Shown one piece after another: positions 17,678 through 34,204 of a stretch of DNA of 64,000 bases. The notes below the pieces were generated by a model. The model saw only the letters and a list, made by a program, of their open reading frames with translations. It ran no database searches and had not been told where the DNA came from. Within the stretch, counting starts at the first letter, position 1. Every line of letters begins with the position of its first letter. The position numbers were made by a program, and so were the translations under genes. The stretch lies in the NCBI RefSeq assembly GCF_009914755.1, contig NC_060948.1, one strand, 5' to 3'. The stretch is from the human T2T-CHM13v2.0 reference genome, Homo sapiens.

Positions 17678-18313
17678 TAAAAAATTAAGATGACATTCAC
17701 ATAACATGAAATTTTATAGTGCTCAATTCAGGAGCATTGAGGACATTCAGAACATCATGCAATCCCCACCTCTATCTAGTACCACAACCTTCTCAGTACC
17801 CAAAAGGTGACCCTGTACCCTTTAAGCAGTCACTCCCATTCCCCTCCCCCTTTCCCGGGAAGCTCCAATGTGCTTTCTATTCTCTGTTTTTGACACCACA
17901 TGGCATGATTCTGCACAATGTGCTTTCTGTCTCTCTGGATTTGCCTCTTCTGGACACGTTTATGTAATGGAATCCTCCAATATTTGTCCTTTGATGTCCG
18001 ATTTCTGTCACTGAGCATGATGTCTTCAAGGTTCTTCCACACTTCAGCCAGTGTCAGAGCTTTGTTCTTTTTCATGGCTGTATAATATTCCACTGTCTGG
18101 ATGGACCATATTCTGTTTACCCTTTCAACTGCCAATGGACTCCTGGGTTGTTTCCAGCTTTGGGTCATTGTGAGTCATGCTGCTATGAACATTTGTGTCT
18201 AGGTTTTTGTTTGAACATCCGTTTTCAGTTCTTTTTGGTACGTACCCAGGAGTTGAATGGCCGGCTTTAGGGTAGCTTCATGTTTAGCCTTTTGAGAAAC
18301 CACCAAGCTGTTT
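17678..18313 (-). mobile_element. L1MB-type 3' fragment
   Basis: aagcagtcactcccattcccc, ggatttgcct.ttctggaca, tgctgctatgaacatt; ORF 17830-18168 resembles the degraded L1 ORF2 C-terminus. Confidence 0.85.
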
Positions 18314-18785
18314 AGAGACAAAAATGCTTTTGTCTTCCTCTGGTTCGAGGTTCCCTGTGATCCATAAAAATGGTTCAGCCTCCCTACTTGGTGTCTCTGT
18401 TTCAAAGGAATGTGCTCATGTAGAGAAGGATATTTTTTGGAGTCTGGATTTTTGGGTCTGGGAGAAGGTTGAGAAGAGAAAGAGTGGATATCGTTGATCT
18501 TTGTAGGGCAGAAAATTGCTGCAGCATCCACAATTGATTCTGCCATTGTGGGAAGTCAGCTAAGAGCTGCCTCTCTGCTCTTGAACCTGGTTGCAAAGGT
18601 GGATTGAGGGAGGTCGGCCTGGCCTGAGGCTGGGATCTGTCAGGACCAGTCAAAACCGTCAAATTCCTTCTTCCTTTTTGTACTGCGAGGTCACAGGACA
18701 GGTGCCAGCATCTACCTGTGATCCAGGAGCTGGGGCTAAGAAGTAGCCAGGTGGTACTGGAGTAACCTGTCCTGCACCCAAGTTC

Positions 18786-21700
18786 TGAACAACTGACCAC
18801 CTGCAGGACCCTCCCCACCTGAGATCTGAACACCTCACCAACTGCAGTGACCGTCCCCACCTGAGATCTGACCACCTCACCACCTGCAGTGACCCTCCCC
18901 CACCTGAGATCTGACCACCTGACCACCTGCAGAGACCCTCCCCACCTGAGATCTAAACAACTGACCACCTGCAGTGACCCTCCCCACCTGAGATCTAAAC
19001 ACCTGACCACCTGCAGGGACCCTCCCCACCTGAGATCTGAACACCTGACCACCTGCAGAGACCCTCCCCACCTGAGATCTAAACAACTGACCACCTGCAG
19101 GGACCCTCCCCACCTGAGATCTGAACACCTGACCACCTGCAGTGACCCTCCCCACCTGAGATCTGAACACCTGACCACCTGCAGGGACCCTCCCCACCTG
19201 AGATCTGAACACCTGACCACCTGCAGTGACCCTCCCCACCTGAGATCTAAACACCTGACCACCTGCAGGGACCCTCCCCACCTGAGATCTAAACACCTGA
19301 CCACCTGCAGGGACCCTCCCCACCTGAGATCTGAACACCTGACCACCTGCAGGGACCCTCCCCACCTGAGATCTGAACACCTGACCACCTGCAGTGACCC
19401 TCCCCACCTGAGATCTAAACACCTGACCACCTGAAGGGACCCTCCCCACCTGAGATCTAAACACCTGACCACCTGCAGGGACCCTCCCCACCTGAGATCT
19501 AAACACCTGACCACCTGCAGTGACCCTCCCCACCTGAGATCTAAACAACTGACCACCTGCAGAGACCCTCCCCACCTGAGATCTAAACACCTGACCACCT
19601 GCAGGGACCCTCCCCCACCTGAGATCTAAACACCTGACCACCTGCAGAGACCCTCCCCACCTGAGATCTAAACAACTGACCACCTGCAGGGACCCTCCCC
19701 ACCTGAGATCTGAACACCTGACCACCTGCAGTGACCCTCCCCACCTGAGATCTAAACAACTGACCACCTGCAGGGACCCTCCCCACCTGAGATCTAAACA
19801 CCTGACCACCTGCAGGTACCCTCCCCCACCTGAGATCTGAACACCTGACCACCTGCAGGGACCCTCCCCACCTGAGATCTAAACACCTGACCACCTGCAG
19901 TGACCCTCCCCACCTGAGATCTAAACACCTGACCACCTGCAGGGACCCTCCCCACCTGAGATCTGAACACCTGACCACCTGCAGGGACCCTCCCCACCTG
20001 AGATCTGAACACCTGACCACCTGCAGTGACCCTCCCCACCTGAGATCTAAACACCTGACCACCTGCAGGGACCCTCCCCACCTGAGATCTAAACACCTGA
20101 CCACCTGCAGGGACCCTCCCCACCTGAGATCTAAACACCTGACCACCTGCAGGGACCCTCCCCACCTGAGATCTAAACACCTGACCACCTGCAGGGACCC
20201 TCCCCACCTGAGATCTAAACAGCTGACCACCTGCAGTGACCCTCCCCACCTGAGATCTAAACAACTGACCACCTGCAGAGACCCTCCCCCACCTGAGATC
20301 TAAACACCTGACCACCTGCAGGTACCCTCCCCCACCTGAGATCTGAACACCTGACCACCTGCAGAGACCCTCCCCACCTGAGATCTAAACACCTGACCAC
20401 CTGCAGAGACCCTCCCCCACCTGAGATCTGAACACCTGACCACCAGCAGTGACCCTCCCCACCTGAGATCTAAACACCTGACCACCTGCAGAGACCCTCC
20501 CCCACCTGAGATCTAAACAACTGACCACCTGCAGGGACCCTCCCCCACCTGAGATCTGAACACCTGACCACCTGCAGGGACCCTCCCCACCTGAGATCTA
20601 AACACCTGACCACCTGCAGAGACCCTCCCCCACCTGAGATCTAAACAACTGACCACCTGCAGGGACCCTGCCCCACCTGAGATCTGAACACCTGACCACC
20701 TGCAGAGACCCTCCCCACCTGAGATCTGAACACCTGACCACCTGCAGGGACCCTCCCCACCTGAGATCTGACCACCTGACCACCTGCAGAGACCCTCCCC
20801 ACCTGAGATCTAAACAACTGACCACCTGCAGGGACCCTCCCCACCTGAGATCTGAACACCTGACCACCTGCAGTGACCCTCCCCACCTGAGATCTAAACA
20901 CCTGACCACCTGCAGTGACCCTCCCCACCTGAGATCTAAACACCTGACCACCTGCAGTGACCCTCCCCACCTGAGATCTGAACACCTGACCACCTGCAGT
21001 GACCCTCCCCACCTGAGATCTGAACACCTGACCACCTGCAGGGACCCTCCCCACCTGAGATCTGAACACCTGACCACCTGCAGTGACCCTCCCCACCTGA
21101 GATCTAAACACCTGACCACCTGCAGGGACCCTCCCCACCTGAGATCTGAACACCTGACCACCTGCAGTGACCCTCCCCACCTGAGATCTGAACACCTGAC
21201 CACCTGCAGGGACCCTCCCCACCTGAGATCTGACCACCTGACCACCTGCAGGGACCCTCCCCACCTGAGATCTAAACACCTGACCACCTGCAGGGACCCT
21301 CCCCACCTGAGATCTAAACACCTGACCACCTGCAGAGACCCTCCCCACCTGAGATCTAAACACCTGACCACCTGCAGAGACCCTCCCCACCTGAGATCTA
21401 AACACCTGACCACCTGCAGAGACCCTCCCCACCCAAGATCTGACCACCTGACCACCTGCAGTGACCCTCCCCACCTGAGATCTAAACACCTGACCACCTG
21501 CAGAGACCCTCCCCACCTGAGATCTAAACACCTGACCACCTGCAGAGACCCTCCCCACCCAAGATCTGACCACCTGACCACCTGCAGTGACCCTCCCCAC
21601 CTGAGATCTAAACACCTGACCACCTGCAGAGACCCTCCCCACCCAAGATCTGACCACCTGACCACCTGCAGTGACCCTCCCCACCTGAGATCTAAACAAC

Positions 21701-22889
21701 TGACCACCTGCAGGGACCCTCCCCCACCTGAGATCTAAACACCTGACCACCTGCAGAGACCCTCCCCACCTGAGATCTAAACAACTGACCACCTGCAGGG
21801 ACCCTCCCCCACCTGAGATCTAAACACCTGACCACCTGCAGAGACCCTCCCCCACCTGAGATCTAAACACCTGACCACCTGCAGGGACCCTCCCCACCTG
21901 AGATCTAAACACCTGACCACCTGCAGGGACCCTCCCCACCTGAGATCTAAACACCTGACCACCTGCAGAGACCCTCCCCACCCGAGATCTAAACACCTGA
22001 CCACCTGCAGGGACCCTCCCCACCTGAGATCTAAACACCTGACCACCTGCAGGGACCCTCCCCACCTGAGATCTAAACACCTGACCACCTGCAGAGACCC
22101 TCCCCCACCTGAGATCTAAACACCTGACCACCTGCAGAGACCCTCCCCCACCTGAGATCTAAACACCTGACCACCTGCAGAGACCCTCCCCCACCTGAGA
22201 TCTAAACACCTGACCACCTGCAGTGACCCTCCCCACCCGAGATCTGACCACCTGACCACCTGCAGAGACCCTCCCCCACCTGAGATCTAAACAACTGACC
22301 ACCTGCAGGGACCCTCCCCCACCTGAGATCTAAACACCTGACCACCTGCAGAGACCCTCCCCCACCTGAGATCTAAACACCTGACCACCTGCAGAGACCC
22401 TCCCCCACCTGAGATCTAAACACCTGACCACCTGCAGTGACCCTCCCCACCCGAGATCTGACCACCTGACCACCTGCAGAGACCCTCCCCACCTGAGATC
22501 TAAACACCTGACCACCTGCAGAGACCCTCCCCCACCTGAGATCTAAACACCTGACCACCTGCAGGGACCCTCCCCACCTGAGATCTAAACACCTGACCAC
22601 CTGCAGAGACCCTCCCCACCTGAGATCTAAACACCTGACCACCTGCAGGGACCCTCCCCACCTGAGATCTAAACACCTGACCACCTGCAGAGACCCTCCC
22701 CACCTGAGATCTAAACACCTGACCACCTGCAGAGACCCTCCCCACCTGAGATCTAAACACCTGACCACCTGCAGAGACCCTCCCCACCCAAGATCTGACC
22801 ACCTGACCACCTGCAGTGACCCTCCCCACCCGAGATCTGAACACCTCACCACCTACAGGTACCCTCCCCACCTGAGGTCTGAACACCTG

Positions 22890-22890
<1 letters not shown>
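18786..22890. repeat. 42-bp minisatellite (VNTR), about 97 copies
   Basis: Unit ccacctgcag(g/t/a)gaccctccccacctgagatct(a/g)aacacctga, with 43-bp variants carrying an extra C. Confidence 0.99.
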
Positions 22891-25055
<2,165 letters not shown>

Positions 25056-25306
25056 CCTGTACAAAAGGAAATGTATGTTCTGCCATTGTGCATTTGGGAG
25101 GGCGACCTCCAAGGCCTCCATCCCTTCCCTGGAGCTGATGGAGATGCGCTGCCCTTGGCTATTGCTATGAGGGGTACTGGGCTGGGGCAGGGATCCCCAT
25201 GGGGACACCACACCTTTCCTTTTGAGTTCCCCAAGGTTGCAGTGTTTCTGATGACTGAGCATTGAGGACAGTGGGGACACCACCTGGAAGGCAGGGCCTG
25301 GTCCCA

Positions 25307-25314
25307 TATAAAAG
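25307..25314 (+). promoter_or_regulatory. Consensus TATA box TATAAAAG
   Basis: cccaTATAAAAGaggc in GC-rich unique sequence; activity unknown. Confidence 0.25.
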
Positions 25315-25714
25315 AGGCAACGAGAGAGCCAAGGCCAGCTCTCCTTGTTGTTCTGAGCCTGGCCAGCAGCCAAGGGAGATGATGGACACAGTCCAGGGTG
25401 ATGTGGGCCCCTCCCTCTTGCGCTGCCCCTGGGCTGAGCTGGACGCTGCAAATTCGCGGGAAGACACGTTTTCGGCATCACCCCGTCCTGCAGGTAGAGG
25501 GAGCCCTGGAGAGATTGTCTTCTGAGTTCCTTTCTCTTTTATTTATTTAGATTTGTGGGGCAGCCCTACTTTGTTCTATGAGAAAAGCAGGAGGGACCAG
25601 GAGGAGGTTCTATGGATGATGACCACGACCGACGTAATCTCAGGCAAGCTTCAGAAGAGGAGACGTGAGCGTTCACTAAGGAAGATCAAACGCACCCGCA
25701 AAAAGATGAGCCCA

Positions 25715-27612
25715 GCTTTGCTAACGCCCTGGTGAGTGTCAGGTACAGATAGAGGATGAAAACCTTCAACACACAGGGAACGTGGGCTCCCAGCAGAGCT
25801 GACCACAGACAGGCCCAGGCCCTGCTAACACCCCAGTCACAGGTCCAGTGCAGACAGTGGACGCCGGTATTCAATGCACAGGGGACGTGTCTCCCTGCAA
25901 ACCTCACCACAGATGGGCCCAGGCCCTGCTAACGCCCCGGTCACAGGTCAGGTGTAGACAGTGGATACTGGTATTCAATGCACAGGGGACATGTGCTCCC
26001 TGCAGAACTGACTCCAGACAGGCCCAGGCCCTGCTAATGCCCCGGTCACAGGTCAGGTGCAGACAGTGGACACTGGTATTTAATGCAGGGGGGATGTGGG
26101 CTCCCAGCAGAACTGACCCCAGACAGGCCCAGGCCCTGCTAACGCTCCGGTCACAGGTCAGGTGCAGACAGTGGACGCTGGTATTCAATGCACAGGGGAT
26201 GTGGGCTCCCAGCAGAGCTCACCACAGACAGGCCCAGGCCCTGCTAACGCCCCGGTCACAGGTCAGGTGCAGACAGTAGACGCCGGTATTCAATGCACAG
26301 GGGACGTGACTCCATGCAAACCTCACCACAGACGGGCCCAGGCCCTGCTAACGCCCCGGTCACAGGTCAGGTGTAGACAGTGGATACTGGTATTCAATGC
26401 ACAGGGGACATGTGCTCCCTGCAGAACTGACTCCAGACAGGCCCAGGCCCTGCTAATGCCCCGGTCACAGGTCAGGTGCAGACAGTGGACACTGGTATTT
26501 AATGCAGGGGGGATGTGGGCTCCCAGCAGAACTGACCCCAGACAGGCCCAGGCCCTGCTAACGCTCCGGTCACAGGTCAGGTGCAGACAGTGGACGCTGG
26601 TATTCAATGCACAGGGGACGTGACTCCATGCAAACCTCACCACAGACAGGTCCAGGCCCTGCTAACGCCCCAGTCGCAGGTCAGGTGCAGAGAGTGGACG
26701 CCGGTATTCAATGCACAGGGGACATGACTTCATGCAAACCTCACCACAGACAGGCCCAGGCCCTGCTAACATCCCAGTCACAGGTCAGGTGCAGACAGTG
26801 GACGCTGGTATTCAATGCACAGGGGACGTGACTCCATGCAAACCTCACCACAGACAGGTCCAGGTCCTGCTAACGCCCCGGTCGCAGGTCAGGTGCAGAC
26901 AGTGGACGTCGGTATTCAATGCACAGGGGACGTGTCTTCCTGCAAACCTCACCACAGACAGGTCCAGGCCCTGCTAACGCCCCGGTCGCAGGTCAGGTGC
27001 AGAGAGTGGACGCCGGTATTCAATGCACAGGGGACGTGACTCCATGCAAACCTCACCACAGACAGGTCCAGGCCCTGCTAACATCCCACTCACAGGTCAG
27101 GTGCATTCAGTGGACGCCGGTATTCAATGCACAGGGGACGATGGCTCCCAGCAGAGCTCACCACAGACAAGCCCAGGTCCTGCTAACGCCCAGGTCAGAC
27201 TGGGTCAGGTACAGATGGGACCAGGCCCTGCTAACACCCTGGTGAGTATCAGGTGCACACAGAAGATGGGAACAGGGGATGTGGGCTCCCTGCAGAACTG
27301 ACCACAGACAGTCCTGGTCCTTGCTAACACCCAGGCCAGTTTAGCTGAGGTATAGACGGCAGACGGCGGCATTTAATGCACAGGGAATGCGGGTTCCCTG
27401 CAAAACTCACCACAGACATGTCCAGGCACTGCTAACATCCTGGGCACAGGTCAGGTACACACAGTGGACGTGAACATTCAATACTCATCCCAGATGGGAC
27501 CAGACCCTGCTAACGCCCCAGTCAGAGGTCAGCTGGGCATTTAATACACGTGAGACATGGGGTCCTGCAGAACTCACAACAGACGGGCTGAGCCCCGCCA
27601 ACGCCCAGGTCA
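25715..27612. repeat. 104-105-bp minisatellite, about 18 copies including degenerate ends
   Basis: Unit ccacagacaggcccaggccctgctaacgccccggtcacaggtcaggtgcagacagtggacgccggtattcaatgcacaggggacgtgactccatgcaaacctca; ORF starts recur every 104 bp from 26607 to 27023. Confidence 0.97.
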
Positions 27613-27724
27613 GAAGTCAGGGCCAGAGTGTTGTGGCGTTTTTCCCGGGATTTTTGTGTCCAGCTAAATCTGTCCAGCTGCCGTCAGCTGTAACGCCTAG
27701 GAGCTGCAGCAGTCTCTGCTACCC

Positions 27725-28368
27725 TTTTATTCTTTCTCTCTTTCTTTTTCTTTTTCTTTCTTTCTTTCTTTCTTTGTCTTTCTTTCTTCCTTTCTTTCCT
27801 TTCTTTCTTTCCTTTCTTTCCTTCCTTTCTTTCTTTCCTTCTTTCTTTCTTTCTTTGTTTCTTTCTTTGTCTTTCTTCCTTTCTTCCTTTCTTTCCTTTC
27901 TTTCCTTCCTTTTTCTTTCTTTCTTTCTTTGTCTTTCTTTCTTCCTTTCTTCCTTTCTTTCCTTTCTTTCTTTCCTTTCTTTTTCTTTCTTTCTTTCTTT
28001 GTCTTTCTTTCTTCCTTTCTTCCTTTCTTCCTTTCTTTCTTTCCTTTCCTTCCTTTCTTTCTTTCCTTCTTTCTTTCTTTGTCTTTCTTTCTTCCTTTCT
28101 TCCTTTCTTTCCTTTCTTTCCTTCCTTTCTTTCTTTCCTTCTTTGTCTTTCTTTCTTTCTTCCTTTCTTTCTTCCTTCCTTTCTTTCTTTCTTTCTCTTT
28201 CTTTCTTTCTTCTTTCTTTCTTTCATCTTTCCTTTCCCTTCCTTCCTTCCTTTCTTTCTTTCTTTGTTTCTTTCTTTGTCTTTCTTTCTTTCTTCCTTTC
28301 TTCCTTTCTTTCCTTTCTTTCCTTTCTTTCCTTCCTTTCTTTCCTTCTTTCTTTGTCTTTCTTCCTTC

Positions 28369-28412
<44 letters not shown>

Positions 28413-28518
28413 TTTCTTTCTTTCCTTCTTTCTGTCTCTTTCTTTCTTTCTTTCTTTCAGCTTTCCCTCCCTTCCTTCCTTCCTTCCTTCCTTCCTTCCT
28501 TCCTTCCTTCCTTCCTTC

Positions 28519-28577
<59 letters not shown>

Positions 28578-28589
28578 TTTCTTTCTTTC
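27725..28589 (+). repeat. Polypyrimidine (TTTC/TTCC)n tract of about 865 bp, an expanded Alu tail
   Basis: Visible; abuts a reverse Alu. Confidence 0.95.
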
Positions 28590-28868
28590 AATGGGGTCTT
28601 TCTCTGTCGTCCAGGCTGGAGTGCAGGGGTGCGATCTCGGCTCACTGCAACCTCCGCCTCCCGGGTTCAAGCGATTTTCCTGCCTCAGCCTCCTGAGTAG
28701 CTGGGATTACACGAGGTGTGTGCCACCACGCCCAGGTAATTTTTGTATTTTTAGTAGAGACGGGGTTTCACCATGTTGGCCAGGCTGGTCTCAAACTCCT
28801 GACCTTGTGATCCACACGCCTCGGCCTCCCAATGTGCTGGGATGACAGGTGTGAGCCACTGCGCCCAG
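28590..28868 (-). mobile_element. AluS
   Basis: Reverse dimer. Confidence 0.92.
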
Positions 28869-29164
28869 TCTCTGCTCCCTTTTTCGAAGGTTGCTTCTTT
28901 GTGCCTGTTCAGTCTTTTCTGGAACCTCCCATCTCTCTCACGGAGACCTTAGGGGGTGTCCCTTCTAGAATGCTGCCCTGGAGCTGTGCCTGACCCCTCC
29001 TGGGACTTGAGCATTTTTCTGTCGAATGAATGCAGAGGGGTGGAGAAAAACTCCCGCTCTAAACTGGACTTTGCTTCCAACGACGGCTGTTTTTGAATTG
29101 TACCCATCGCCTCTTCATGGTATAAGGTAAGGGCTAAATATATATTATTCACTGGGCAGAATTT

Positions 29165-29400
29165 TAGTTTGATTTTATGGTAGTGAAATTTACATACCAT
29201 ACAAGTAACCAATTTACAGCGTCCAGTTCAGGAGCCGATAGTACATTCACAATGTTATAGAATTGTCACCTCTCTCTGGTCCGAGAACATTCTCGTCACC
29301 CCAAAAGGCAACCCTGAACCCCATTAAACAGTCACCCCCATTTCCACTTCTGAACCCCTGGTGACCTCGAATCTACTTTCTGTGTTTATAGATATTGTCT
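29165..29400 (-). mobile_element. L1MB-type 3' terminal fragment
   Basis: agtacattcacaatgtt...tcaccccaaaagg...aatctactttctgt. Confidence 0.75.
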
Positions 29401-29422
29401 CAGGTAAGCAGGGGTAAAATAA

Positions 29423-29758
<336 letters not shown>

Positions 29759-29935
29759 TAGCCTTATCTTTCCTTGGCATCGTCTTCATATCCAAAAAAA
29801 TCCCTCTGGCCAAGTTTTCCTTGTGATGCTTTTTCCAAAAAAAATTGCAGGGACTCTTTAGAAAATTCCAATCTCCCTGGCAGTTTATGCTTGACTAGTT
29901 GGAGTGGCCATTTGGCCTTTAAGAACCTGGAGCAG

Positions 29936-30578
<643 letters not shown>

Positions 30579-30636
30579 TCAGATATACATTCAAAATATT
30601 ATTTTCAATAAATGTCTTCTCAGGCGTCCAAATAGA

Positions 30637-30837
30637 CAAGCGATTCTCCAGCCTCAGCCTCCTGAGTAGCTGAGACTACAGGCACCCGCCACCAAGCCCG
30701 GCTAATTTTTGTATTTATAGTAGAGACAGGGTTTCACCATGTTGGCCAGCCTGGTCTCGAACTCCGAACCTCAAGTCATCCACCCACTTTGGCACCCCAA
30801 AGTACTGGGATTACAGGCGTGAGCCACCACGCCCGGA
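30637..30837 (-). mobile_element. Partial Alu, apparently copied from 29546-29745
   Basis: Shares atypical variants and the non-Alu flank with that element. Confidence 0.85.
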
Positions 30838-31129
30838 CATTAAACTTCTCTTAACCTTATATTTTCTTGTCACCCGCAGAGTGCCACCTGTCCAGGCATC
30901 GTGCTGGCACAGAACGGCCAATGGGCATGGAATTCCCAGCACTGTTTGTCTGATGCATTAGATGACATAAAGATGGTGTCCTAAGGTTCCACACAAACCT
31001 CTTCGCCCACCACTCGGATGATCTGAAAAGCACAAACATAGTTTGTGTCTCGTTGGGGTGTCTACAAACTGTTTTTTGGAACCATGGTCCTTCTCTGCAC
31101 AGGACTCACTTAGCCAAATGCAACTCTTC

Positions 31130-31805
31130 TCCTGACCTCCTAATTAATAAGATGAAGGCATTCGATCTGTGCGTCTGCAGCCCCGAGACCCCTTCTGCAT
31201 ATTAAAACCCACCTCGCCGGGCAGGCAGAACACTTGTTTGTGTGTATGGGAGCCCCCAGCAGCCCTTGGTCTATACTAGGCAAATAACAAAGAGGAGGAA
31301 AAAAAAAAACTTAACAAATTACAGCTGAAACAAATCACCATTGCCCCGTTTTCAAATTATTATATTTCTGGGGAATTTCAGCCCGTTACATGAAAAGGAA
31401 GACAGCCGATCCAGAGGGCTTTTGATCGTCAGGTTATGTTAATAACCGGCGCTCATGTAAAATGCATAAGATGTACCTTACTGTGGAAGAGGATGGCTGA
31501 TAATTACTCCGTATGCACAGAGGGTACCTCATTCCAAACGGATGCATAAAGACCCCCTTTTACATGGCAGCCTAATTACTTATAGACAGTTGAGCAGAAA
31601 ATTACTTTCATCTGCTTCAACATGTGGCAGCAAAGAGATTTGAGCTGTACTTTTCAAAACAGCTGGCTGGCATACTGCAAGAGAAGGCCGGTGTTGTGTG
31701 GGACTGATTGCAAAGTGCATTTTCTGATAATTAGATCTATTAGAGAGAGGCAAGGACCAGCCTGCATTGGAAGCGGAAAAAAAAAATTAACTGCAATGAA
31801 CAGCA
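31130..31805. promoter_or_regulatory. Candidate conserved non-coding enhancer C
   Basis: About 670 bp repeat-free; TAATTA at 31141, 31501, 31573 and 31728; GCATAAA; CAGCTG E-boxes; retained CpGs. Confidence 0.5.
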
Positions 31806-32395
31806 AGCAGGCAGTTCCTAGATGCTCCCAAAAGCCTGAACGGGGGCTGGGACGGTCACAGAGCGGCCCGGCCCCCATGAGCTCAATCTCTGATCACAGC
31901 AGGGTCCCCAGAGAGAGTGGGGGGGCCCTCCTGATGGCATGGCCAGGACCCCCGAGGCCGCCACCGGAGACTCTGCCTTTGATCTCGCCCTGGTCTGCTC
32001 ACTCTGCGTGAGGACGACTCTGCCATCCTAATGATGGTTTTGCATCTGCCTGAGGTTTTGCTTTGCAGGGCTGCGGAAAGTGTCTAGCACGGCCAGCACC
32101 GGCCAGAGATACGGGGACCTGGGGGATGAGAATCCGCAGGTGCAGGTGGAGAAGAAACTTCTTTCTTGGAGGCTGCGGCGGCTCGTGGGGGAGCTGCCCC
32201 GGGTGGGAAGCATTTTGGGGCATCTACAGAGTATCTTGGGGAGGGGAATAAGACCTGCAGATTCTTCCTACATAGCTTATTTTGGTGTAGATAAAACGAG
32301 TGTTGTGGGACACTGTTTTCACAGCCTGGCGTTAGCTTCTGGTCTTCGGGATCTTCAAGAGAGGCTTTTAATTTTCTTTTTCTATTTATTTTTAA

Positions 32396-33297
<902 letters not shown>

Positions 33298-33304
33298 TCA
33301 TTAA

Positions 33305-33625
33305 CGTTTTAACTGACAACTGAAAGTTGTACATATTTAGGTTGTGTGCCATGAGGTTTTGACACTGTAGAATTCGTGGCATTAAGCTGATTAGCCAATG
33401 CCCTATCTCTGAGACTTACTATTGATTTGTGGTGAGAAAGAGTAACATCAACTCAGCCATTTTTAAGTCAACAATACGTATATTATTATCAACAATGTTA
33501 TCTTGTTGCACTGTAAATGGATACAATGTTACCAGTCACCATGCCATATATTGGAGCTCTTGAACTTTTTCCTCCTGACAAATTGACGCTCTGTGTCCTT
33601 CAACCAACATTTCCGCAACCCCCAA
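33305..33625 (-). mobile_element. L1MA-type 3' fragment
   Basis: ttgtacatattt, ttgtggtgaga, agtcaccatg, ctcttgaactt. Confidence 0.65.
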
Positions 33626-34204
33626 TTAGAAGGGAAGGCCTTCAAACAGGTCTCTGCCACCAGCTTTTAACACCATTTGAATGTCATACCAACCCCCTCC
33701 TTGGCCCCTGAGTCCCTTCCGACGTCCCACACAGAGCCCCTCCTCCAGCCACTCACATCCTTGTGGACATCTGGTTGCTGGACTTCAGCCCCGGCCCTTG
33801 CTCAGTAATTCCTACAACACCCGTCCGTGACACCTGGGCTAAGACCTGAGACCAACCTTGTCCAAAAGACCCCGAAAATTCCTGACTCTTTGAGACCTTC
33901 TCCTCTCCTCCTGCCCCCATCTCCTCATCCCCACTCTCCCTCCCTGGAGTTTCTGCTGCTCTGAGCACCTCAAACTCACCCTCACCCCCAGGTCCTGGTG
34001 ATGTCCAAGCCGACTGCTGGGATGATGCAGTTCCCACAGACCTCCCCTGGCCACCCACCAGCATTCCAGCCTTTGCTTGGAGACTCCTCCTTCACCTTTC
34101 TCAAGAGGCAGTTCCCTTGGGGGTTTTCTCCATGGCACTTGATCACACAACTTCAGTTTCTGAAGGTCTTGATTTGTGGACGTGCCCCCCATGGCCCTGT
34201 TCGT

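Noticed and set aside
25553-25735. 60-aa basic ORF overlapping the candidate exon
   Set aside because: Non-ATG start and no recognisable domain; kept only as a possible non-coding exon
27633-28845. F/L/S-rich and K/E/R-rich ORFs (also 2132-2894 and 46528-46973)
   Set aside because: Translations of (TTTC)n simple repeats
31830-32220. Possible CpG island or promoter
   Set aside because: GC-rich but short, with only moderate CpG density by eye and no associated gene structure
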